Assembly (NCBI GenBank): GCA_020536535.1
Contig: JAHLWZ010000489.1
Coordinates: forward strand, 5,139 to 69,138
Direction of reading: 5' to 3'
DNA: 64,000 nt
From: Pelomyxa schiedti
Taxonomy: Eukaryota; Protista; Evosea
Shown: positions 53,986 through 64,000 of the stretch, in pieces
Layout of the letters: each line of letters starts with the position of its first letter
Numbering within the stretch: the stretch's first letter is position 1
Notes under the pieces: generated by a model
The model's input: only the letters and a program-made list of their open reading frames with translations
Database searches by the model: none
Told to the model about the DNA's origin: nothing
Made by a program: the position numbers and the translations under genes

Positions 53986-55819
53986 ATGAGGTCAAAGGTG
54001 CCAGGGGTGTTAATACTTACAGTTGGCGCTATTATTGCCGTTGTCACTCATGGGAGGGGAGCGGGCGCTATGCCACCTGTTCCGCGAGACCCGTCGGTGG
54101 CAGCCCAGCACGGCGGAGCTCTGCGATTCCCTGAGCGCGCTCCCGAGTCTGTGAGGGGTATGCGAATAACGTCACACTTTGTGAGGGACAAAGGAGCCCC
54201 GCAGGAGCTCATTCGCTTGTCAAATAGGGTTTGTCTGTTTTCCACTCGGCGTTGTGTGTTTTGTTTTTTTCCTTGGAATATGTCTGTGGATTGTAAGTCT
54301 TTGCAGAACAACACCAAGAGGGTTGCACTTGTGAGTGGGACAATGGAGTTGCCGGTTGTCACGATGGAGTTCCCTGATCAGGCACACACTTACACAAACG
54401 ATGACTTTGAGTCGCTTCTGTTTGAGCATTCCCGGACACCCACTCCCAGCATGTGGGACTATTACCAGGAGGTGTCATACAACGTATTCGGAGTGTCTGG
54501 CAGTGCTTATGGGTGGTATATGACTCCGCAAAACAAGTCGTATTACTCCACAGGCCCGACATTGGCCCAACTGGCTGCCGAAAATCTTTGTGCTGCTGTT
54601 GGGAGTGGTCTGTCAATTTATGACAATGATGACGACGGGTATGTGGACTCTCTGGTAGTTGTGCACAGTGGCCAGAGTCAGGAAGTTACGGGAGACCCTG
54701 ATGATATCTGGTCGAGCGCCTATCATCTTGTGAGTCCGTATTTATGTTCCGCTGCTGGGTACTTCCCTCTAGCATCAAAACCTCCAAATTTTTACTTACA
54801 GAAACTATAGAAAGTATATCTGGAACTACGACGTTCAACCAGAGCTGGGTGCCTACAAAAACATGACCGGCATTGGTGTGTTCTGTCACGAATTTGGCCA
54901 CCTTCTCGGTCTTCCAGATCTTTATGACACTGGAAAAACTCATCCCGGCCTTGGTCTGTATAGATGGAGTTTGATGGCTGATGGTGCTTGGGGTGGGACC
55001 GGCATGGCTCAAACGTTCGCGGAAAATTCTTTTTACTCTTGTGTTCCTCAATTTTGGTACAGTTACCCGGTGCATCTTGACTGTTGGGGCAAGGCATCAC
55101 TGGGATGGCTCACACCCACTTCCGTACTCACAACAGGACAGTACACCCTGCACCAAGTGGAAGACAACGCCGAGTGCGTTCTCTTGGAGCCGCTTTCCAA
55201 CCCAACCCCATGTACCAACACACATTGTATTCTTGCTCCTTACATCTAAATGCAGCTCAATACTGGCTGATTGAAAACCGACAACGTGTTTCATTTGATT
55301 ACCAACTCCAAGGAACTGGCATCGTAATTTATCACATTGACGAAACTATTATCGATGCCAACTTTGAGACAAATACTGTCAACGTCAATGACGGCCCTTA
55401 TGGAGTTGCCTTTGAGCAAGCCAGGTACTCTCTTGTGTTTTCTTTCTCACACTCATCCAACGCACACCAGTGCCACCTGTGATTCGTACTCGTGCCAGAG
55501 TTATTGGATGCCGGACACACAACCATTCCCAGCAACCGACGCGTGGAATCCCAACACCAAAATCGCGTTTGGGTCAAACACATTTCCATCAACCAAGGTG
55601 AATTCTGAGGACAGCTACCTCAGCTGCTCAATCAGGGACATTCCCGCATCATCCTCCGCAATGACAGTGACACTCTCCCCCGAGGACGGAGTCATCAGCA
55701 CCTCCAGTCACAGTATCAGCAGCAGCAGTAGTCACCACACAGACGCAGCACCCAGTCTTGTTATTCCCCTCGTTCTGGTGTCTCTCTGTTTCTTGTTTTC
55801 TTCCCTCCTCCCTTTCTGA
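53986..55819 (+). CDS. M6-family zinc metalloprotease, copy 2 (tandem duplicate)
   Basis: GVFCHEFGHLLGLPDLYD; long stretches identical to copy 1. Confidence 0.9.
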
Positions 55820-55904
55820 ATGTGATCCTACCAAATAACCTAGCTCTTGTTCTGAGACCACTCTTTAAAATGGTCATGTTTCTTTCTATTTGGAATAAGC
55901 AGGT

Positions 55905-58900
55905 TCATATGCAGTCCGCAAAGTGTGAATCAAGGAGGAGCTTGGAAGAGGGTCTGTCACTTGGAGTGAACCGCCAGCATGATGTAATCATCTGTATCGC
56001 CCAGTCCCATGATTCGCCGTTGTTGTTGCTACTTGACGACGCGGACCTTCTTATATTGGTAGCATCTAGTGTGGGAATTTGGTTAGTTGGAGTGCCAATG
56101 AATCGAACTGGGGTACCAGGAGGTGATAGGATTTGCGGCGTTGCCGGCATTGGTGATACAGTTCCTTCTATGAGGGCTACGCGTACCTTGATTTGGTTCA
56201 GTACAAAGCCGCCTTTAACCAGCTTGGTGTAATTTGGGTCAGAGAGGAGGTGATCGAATGGGGATGAAAACAAATCAAGGAACATGTTGGCAATCATTCC
56301 TGTTTACGAAATGATAAGAGGAACGATAGTCATGTGTCTGTGGGCACACCAAAGCTCCAAATATCAGCTTTACTGTCACTTCGGACTCCTTTAAGAACTT
56401 CCGGGGGAAATACGTGTATCTCATTTCGTGCACCTTCAGTCTCTCCAGAAAAGAGGCATTCTGCAAGTCCGAAGTCCGCAATCTGGGGGAGTGTTTTAAT
56501 GACAAACGGAGGTGGTGTAGTGTACTTTGGCCCATGGACCGGCCCCGTCAGCATCCAAGCTGCAAATAAAGATATTTCCTGGATGAAATTGATTATTTGA
56601 GTACAGGAAAGAGAAAAGACCTGCGTGAAGGTCCCGGTGTACTAAGGGAGGATTTTGACTGTGAAGGTGGTTTAACCCCTTTAAAATGTCGGCAAATATC
56701 CTCTTCTGCAGCTTCATGGGTAGGACTTGCGCCACGAATTCACGCTTTTCCCACATTTCAAGCTGAGAGAGCTCGAACTTTCCAAGTTGCATGGCGTCTC
56801 CAGACCGTTTTGTAATCCTAGATTCCGCTGCCTGTTCAACCAAGGCCAGTAGGCAAGTCACGTCAGGCTTTCTGGGACCTCCAAACTCTGTGAGGAAATT
56901 AACCCAGGTATAGTTGGATCCCGCTGGAGATGACGAAATGGGAGACACCGGAAGACAAAGTTCCATAACCAACCTCAATTTTGGTTTTGGGCAGACACCA
57001 AAGAATCGCACCAAGTTTACGTGAGGCGGAAGTGATTGCATAACACTGGCTTCGTACATGAACTCAGATAAGTCCGATTGCTTGCTGTCATTGAGCTGCT
57101 TTATTGCAACCAGAACACCGCCACTAACCAATTCCCCTCTCAACACGGTTCCAAAGCCGCCCTTTCCAATGATATCTCCAATCTTCAAATCATCTTGCTT
57201 GATTATTGGGAAATGGTCAAGTGCAAGGTCAGGGGCAACCAACGTCACAGATATTTCCCCGTGATCACCTCCGCATCCGCTAATACCGTTGAAGCACCTC
57301 AGAATTCCAGTAGTAGATTCGATGGCGGATACACACTGGCACATTGTGAACACACCCTTGTGTTCTGGAACTGAAGTTGATCCCCTGTTGGCACAGTTGC
57401 ATAATGAAGAATGCAGGTCTCCTAATAGCTGCGGACATGCAAAGTACTGAGTAAGGCTATCATGCAAAGATGGATAGTGCAATCTGGTAAGAGTCGTCAT
57501 ACAGTCCAGCAACTTTGCATAAAACTTACCCCCATATTTCGCAAAGAGTTGGGTGATCCTAGTGGAGGCTTCCACTGGGGCACCTTGTGTGTTTCGATAG
57601 TTTCCTATGCGCAAGGGTGCCTGGTGACACTGGTGTAAGCAGAGTTGGACGGAAATGTAGTCCAGTGTCTCTTCAGAGCAAGTTACCAGAGCAACAACAA
57701 CAACAGATGTAGGTTGCATCTTCTGCCGGTATGATAAAACGATCCCTGACCGCCATGCGTGCAGTATATTGACACCATTTATTCCAAGGAGTCTTGTAAT
57801 GAGACGAGAGAAGAACCCAATTGGTATGAAGTCCAACTGAAAGATGCGCCCAGTGAGAGCAAAGAGGGGAGGGGGATTTGGTCTATACGCACAGCCGCAA
57901 GAAGATGCGCGCAAAGGGCACCATGCCGGAAGCATATTGACCCATTCAAGGTAAGTGGTAGTGCCTGTTATGTCCGAAATCAAGAGTATACCATTTGGTG
58001 GCTCTGCAGGAAGGAGGCAAGGTACTAGAAAGGAGCCATCAAATCTTTTATGAGCAATCTCAAAGCTCTGAAATAATTCCAATAGCGTGCTACGAATTGA
58101 AGATGGAAATTCTTTGAAGATTTTCGGTATACTAGCAGCTGGCAAACAACCTCCTCTTACCCATCTCTCATTTCCAGAGATGGAAATCACAGATTTCATG
58201 ACTGTTGACAACCACTCGGGTTTGAGAATAACCAGTTCTTCCAGCTTGCTTGCAGTGGAAACTGCTTTTCCAGAGACCATCTCCTGCACGGCTTCTGACA
58301 CCATACCCTCAGTCGCCGATGCACACGACATCAATTCCGTGAAGAGCTCTCCAGTTGATTTCAGTGCTTTTCTGGGTGATTCCTTTCCACTTGAAATGTC
58401 GGCTTCAGGTGAACCTTTTGTGTCTCGAGAATGAAAGTGGATAATCGCCCCCGCGTCAGCAAGGAAGTCAGCACACATCTGAACTTCCAGTATATCCACC
58501 TGTATTTTCGGTGGCGGTTTCACAGGGCGAGGCAGTATCGGTTGGTGGGTAATAGGATCGACCTGCAGTTCCTCTTCTTCTCCTGATCGAGCGTGTAACC
58601 CAATTTTCAGCCAGGTTCCTGCGGCAACAAAATCACTCCACGAGGTAAAACTGTTGCCAATCAACCGAGCAGGGATAGAACTATGTTCTTTGTTTGTGAG
58701 TTCTTTGTGAAATGCTACCCATTTAACAGCGACAATTAGACTAGTACTCATACATGTATCATCAAGTTCGTTAATAAGTGCTTTCAATGCAGACCCGGAG
58801 CCATATTCTGTAATAGTAGGAGGAGTTCCAGATGGCCCACTTTTCCACTGAAGACCTGCAGCTGTTTTATGGCTCATGCCATAAGCAGACTTGAGTTTGA

Positions 58901-61705
58901 TTGCACCACATCCAGAAATTGCAGTACTGAATTCTTTTGCTGCAAAAGCGAGTGCTGGAAGGGCGACTTCTTTAGAGGGAATCTGATCAAAATGGGAGCC
59001 AACAATAATCGCATAGGTTAAACTGTTAGAGGTGAGTTCGCGTTTTATTTGAGAGGCCCGCAGCTGCTTTGCCCAATAAACCAGACGCTTTGTATGCGGA
59101 CATTTTGGAATATGAGAACCTGTACTTGACTCTTTATGAAGTGATGATGTTTTTCGCTCTCGTGTGGAACTTGATACGGCAGGTGTCACAGACTGTGCGC
59201 GAGTACGAGCAACTGGTGGAAGCAGCCAATCTGCTACATGTTTCAAGTTGAATAAAACAATGAACAAAGAGTCAGAGCCAAGGAAGAACCTGATAAGCTG
59301 ATGTGAGGTTTTTACTCTCCGGGAAAAAAGGCATACTGATGTGAGGGGTAGAGAACCTCTTGACCTCCAAGATCCCACGCAACCCACTCAATTCCATTTT
59401 CCTTCATCTTGAAAGCGGGGTGGATGGCAATTCCGTCTGTGGCGACGCTGCCCGACGTTTTTTTGGTTGGTGTACCCTGCTTTTCGAGGCACTAGCAAAT
59501 CGTTAACATTCATTGCAGGGTGAAGGTAAAACTACCCGTAACAAGGTGGTTTTTCCAGTTGCTTCCTCGCCAACAAATAATACTTTCTTGGAATTCCACG
59601 GTATGCAAGTCCCATTATACTTGAGGAAATTTTTTAGGGTTTCGTTCCATTCCGTTCGGAATCTCGACGGAAGAGTTCTGAGTAAATTTCCTGCAAGTAG
59701 TACATTATTCAGCTTATGCAAGCAGCTTGGAAGAAAGTTGATAAAGTTTCCTCTGATATCAAGGCAATGGGAAGAAGAAGTATTCTTAGAAACGTTGGCA
59801 ACAAAAAGCTCACAGAATCCCACAGGCATCTCAGAGATACTTAAGTGGGCTAGGTTGACGCTTGTGAGGAATATCCCAATGGAATTGAAAAGGAATAAAG
59901 TCTCTGCTGCTTGCCAATTCTTTGCTCGCACCCATTCTCTTAGAAGATGTTCATAAGACTCGCATAGGAGAACTGAAACTTCAAACACCTGGGAACCATC
60001 CCGCACATTTAGGTTTAGTGACTGCATTAATGACTGAATGAAATCTCTTGCTTGTCTTGGTTTCATACATTCAACGTGAAGTACATTTCTTTTGATGAGA
60101 GTGGCTGAGACAAAAGGAGAGGTGCAACATTGGGTCGCACGCATCACAGAGTCAAAGGAATCAAAAATGCAAAATGGAGATAGGTTGCGGTTGCAGGATG
60201 GACATTTACTCCTTCCATTTCCAGTGCAATATAAAGTAATCACGTGGTCCAAGGATTCAACATCAGATTGCATTAAATACTTCATTGAACATGAGCGGGC
60301 GCCAACTTGTTGTAGTTCCTGTTTTAGAGCTGCTTCAGTAAGTTGTGTGCTCAACTTTGCATTTACTAACATTGCAATGAGTCCAAATTCTGTTTGAGAA
60401 ATTCGCGGGCATTAGCATCTGTATCGGAGTTGAGTTAGCTCAAAATGTAAGCGTTTGTGTACTTTGGTGATTGACGTCGAGCTCAGTAAGGGAAGAGGGT
60501 AGGCGGTCTAATATAAAGTTTCCATACTCAGAGTCAGGAAATGGAGCACCTACAAAATGGCATTAATATTCAACCTTTATAAAGATATCAACCGCTTAGA
60601 TTGAGGGAGGTAAGAGTGTGATTACGCCATAGAGATTCCACAACCTTCTCGGTTCCATATTCCGTGAGGAAATTACCTTGCCATTACTCAGGACAATTTA
60701 AAAAGTAAGTATACTTTACCTCCCAAATGTATCTTCAACAAAGATGTACTTATAGAGAGCAGGGAAGCAAGTGCTTCAGCTCCCACATCATCAAATCTAT
60801 TCCCTTCCCATGTTCAGTGAAGATGTAAGCTGACTGTTCACGTACGAGTCAAGCTTAGATCTGTTAGAAACTGGTTGTGCCTCAAGGATTCAGTAAGTTT
60901 AATAACTCCTTCATTCGAGATTTGGTTATCTACAGTTTGTTTTGCACAAGTCACACTTGAGATATATATAGTGCAAAATACCAGAGAGCACTACATCTGT
61001 GATGCTACAATTGTTCTCTAAGGCTAAGCCAAGTGCCGCAGAACCCTCGTTTCCAATCTGATTACCTTGGAGAATGAGTTACCAGAGTAAAAAGTGATAT
61101 TTTTACCTGCTAATATAACTTTAACAAGGGCTTCTGGGTGAAGTGTGATAGCATTAGAAAGATGGCCAACACCAGAGTTGGTGATGCGGTTATCTGACAG
61201 TGCATGTGAACTCCCTTACATGTATAAGGAATGACACATACGACTCAGGTCCAGAGTCGCGGGGTTTCGGATCAAGTCAAATCCTGTAGAAATGTGTTCA
61301 ATGTCCGTATCGGTTACAGAGCGGACTAATATGTGTCTGTCAAAGTAGTGCCTCAGAAGGAAACAAACCCACATGCAAACTCAAGAGACGTCCCTTTGGT
61401 GAGGATTTCACCCCACCAATACCGCCTTCGTTCTATGTCCTCTCCCCCCCTTGGAATTTGAATGGAAAATGAAACAAAGGGAAAAAAAAAAAAAATACGA
61501 AAACGCACAGCTGAGGCCACTTTGACATTATAGTGACGGTCAGATCGTCGTACGGCGGCGTTTGCGCGTCACGTGTCTTCGTCGCCGTCGTTGCGGCAAC
61601 ACCACCCTCAGCACTCACACCATCAGATCTGTCTGCAACAGCCGGAGCTGCGACACCATGTTGGCGCTGTTGCTGTGCCAACAAGTACTCGCTAAGTGTG
61701 GTCAT
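55905..61705 (-). CDS. Roco-family protein (LRR - Roc GTPase - COR - kinase)
   Basis: LRRs; KVLFVGEEATGKTTL, ATDGI, WDLGGQE..Y.SHQFFL, IIVGSHFD; COR VILKPEWL, P.GFFSRLI; kinase IGKGGFG.V, VAIK, HRDLHAGN, IADFG, D.WSFG. Confidence 0.9.
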
Positions 61706-61851
61706 TGTGCCCGTTTTTCTAGGAAGGACTTTTTTGCCGTCTGATGTCGTTTGGGGGATGGAAAAGGGAGAATATGGAATGTCGTCCAATAGCGGAGTGT
61801 TCTTATTAATCACAAAGTGATTATTCACAGACATAGAGAGAGATGAGGGGA

Positions 61852-63487
61852 TCATCCTCGCCAGTTGACAACCTGGACGGACACATCGCCATAAGACCAG
61901 CAGTCATAGAAATATGACTCGATTCCCACACCATCAGGCTGAACGAAACACTCCTTGCAGAGGGGGTCAGTGCAAACGTGGGGAACGAGGATGCCGTGTG
62001 GTGACCACTCGTTGTATCCCCACAGGTTGTTGTTGATGAGGATGCAATCGGACTTGGTCCAATAAATGAGCGCCTCTGGTGTGCCCGTGCAATCAGTGGT
62101 GGGATACTCGGCCCACATCGCTGGCCTGGGGTGTGATGGGTGGTGGGACCACATGAATCATAAAATAAAGCACAGAGAGAGAGAGAGAGAACGAACATAC
62201 TCTTCCTTGAACCAGCCAGCCAACAGGTCATTGTATTCATCCACAGTGATACAAGCCTCAGCTACGTTCCCATCTCCGCACCGCATTGTCGTAGGGACAC
62301 CCCAGCAGTCCGGCGTGTCCAGGGAGTCGTGGAATACAGCGTCGACGGTGAGTGCCTCGCCCTCGCACTTGTCGTCAGTGAACGCGGCCGTGACGTGGAC
62401 GTAGGGCCACGAGTCGCAGTCCCCGCCATCGTAGCTGCATGCCTCATTGTTGCACTCGGACTGACAAATATCGTTGCCAATGGATCTCCAATCACAATCG
62501 TAAGAGCACAATGTGTCGTCTAGTTGTGTGTTAAATTACGTGTCACAGGCTACCGCGTCACAGTTAGCACCACAAGAAGAGAGAGCGATGAGAGGAGAGG
62601 TCGCGATTTGGGAATAGAAAGAGGCAGAGACGAAAATTTGTGATGACGGCAATACACACTGCAGGCGCCATTGTCCCAGTTGCATGGTTCGTTGTAGCAC
62701 ACGGAGTCACATTCGTCGTCGAGGGACTCTCTGTCAGTGCAAACCCAGGAGCAGTGGTACGTGTACCACTCGTCGCAGTCGCCGCCGTCCCAGTTGCACT
62801 CCTCAACGTAGCAGTATTCTTCACAGTTGCCGTCACCCACAGTTGCCGTGAGGCAATCGGCCGAGCAGTAGGCGTCGCAGTCGCCGCCGTCCCACCCACA
62901 CTGCTCTTTATTGCATCCAACCCAGTCGCACCAGCCATTCCCAATGTCCTCAGGATCGCACTCATAGTCACAGTTGATGTAAACTGCAACAAAACAGTAA
63001 AGATACGAGTTACGGGAAGTGGTGGTCTCTATAAGGGGGAGCAGGACACACGGCAATCTCCACCGTCCCAGTCACAGGCCGCGTTGGCGCACTCGTAGTC
63101 ACAGGTTCCATCACCCAAGTTGCTGGCGTTGCAGTTCCAGCCACCGCATGACTTCAGGTCGGTGCAGTCACCACCGTCGAACATGCATGCAGCGGTCATG
63201 CACCACGCATCACAAATGCCGTCGTGAATGTGGCTGTTGTTGCATCCCGGGTTGCATATTCCTTTTGCTGTTGTTTGTTGTTGTTTGTGGAGCGTTAAAC
63301 AACCAAAAAGGAGTTGAAAAAGGAACGAACCGTTGCAGTCACCGTTGTCCCAGTTGTTTGTCCTGCTGTAACACTCGATGTTGCAAATGCCATCACCGAC
63401 TGAGGATTCAGAGCACTCGTCTGACCACCCGTTGTATGCAAAAGCAAACGTGGTGGACAGCGAAAGCAACACAATCACACACCTCAT
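61852..63487 (-). CDS. Secreted LNR-repeat protein (paralog of 28032-29691)
   Basis: MRCVIVLLSLSTTFAFA signal; GDG.CD..C...C.WDGGDC repeats; shared C-terminal YWTKSDCILI.NNLWGY.EWSP block. Confidence 0.85.
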
Positions 63488-64000
63488 GTTGTTTTGTGTT
63501 TGTTGTGGTTGTTTTGCAGTCTTTTCTTTCTTTGAGGCTGAATAAGAAGCCAGCAACGAGGCATCAACGGGTCGTTCATCAGTTACTTCCCTGCTCTGTT
63601 CGGTCACTGATTTCTTGAAAGGAAAAAATCAAAACTCGGAGTTTGAAGGGAAAATTTTCCTCCACATCAGAAGACGGTGACAGTCAAAATTCGAACCCAC
63701 TGCCCGAGTTCGCGAGCTGTCGCGAAAATCTTCTCGAAAAGGGCAATAAAAAAAACACCAGACCTACTTGTCAGGATCCTGCAAAATATCCATTCCCCAC
63801 TTTAGGCAAAATTGGGAACAAAAAATGTTTGCCCCCAGCGTCCACTGTTGAGTCCGGAGCCACCTGTGTCCAGGTGCCCACCTGGATTATTTTTTTCCTC
63901 TTTGACTGTCGCAAATCCGGCACCACCGGCTTTGGGGGCAAACTACTCCTCTTGTACCCGCGATCACAACAAGCCACGTCACAGATCACAGTTTGCAGCC

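Noticed and set aside
63771-64000. Possible 3' end of a minus-strand gene
   Set aside because: Short, truncated by the window edge, no recognisable motif.

Overview
Gene-dense eukaryotic DNA with many short (mostly ~40-55 nt) GT-AG introns. The gene content (Roco kinase, RasGEF/RhoGAP, LNR-repeat and ankyrin-type expansions, bacterial-type enzymes carrying introns) points to an amoebozoan, plausibly an archamoeba such as Pelomyxa; this is an inference. Recognisable genes: F-box protein, EMC3, CSN5, a SPRY-like protein, RBX1, an HNH protein, a giant Cys-rich surface protein, an SLC13/TrkA-C transporter, an L-arabinose/fucose isomerase-family enzyme, ArfGAP1, two ankyrin-type paralogs, an LNR-repeat secreted family (two intact copies, two decayed), a RING-TRAF-SPRY protein, ataxin-2, an adenosine kinase-MESH1(HD) fusion, RasGEF-PH-RhoGAP, a CCDC137-like gene, two tandem M6 metalloproteases and a Roco kinase, plus a U2 snRNA gene. 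Main discovery: U2 has CCCATAA 61 nt upstream, matching the Dictyostelium DUSE snRNA promoter. The same element sits 61-62 nt upstream of three unrelated intergenic minus-strand units (9655-9782, 38314-38417, 41268-41474). All three start with a GCCCAC hairpin, close with an RCGR/UCGU helix, end in U6 and have variable but highly structured middles. I read these as an apparently undescribed family of small non-coding RNAs. Exon boundaries were inferred by eye, so CDS spans include introns.
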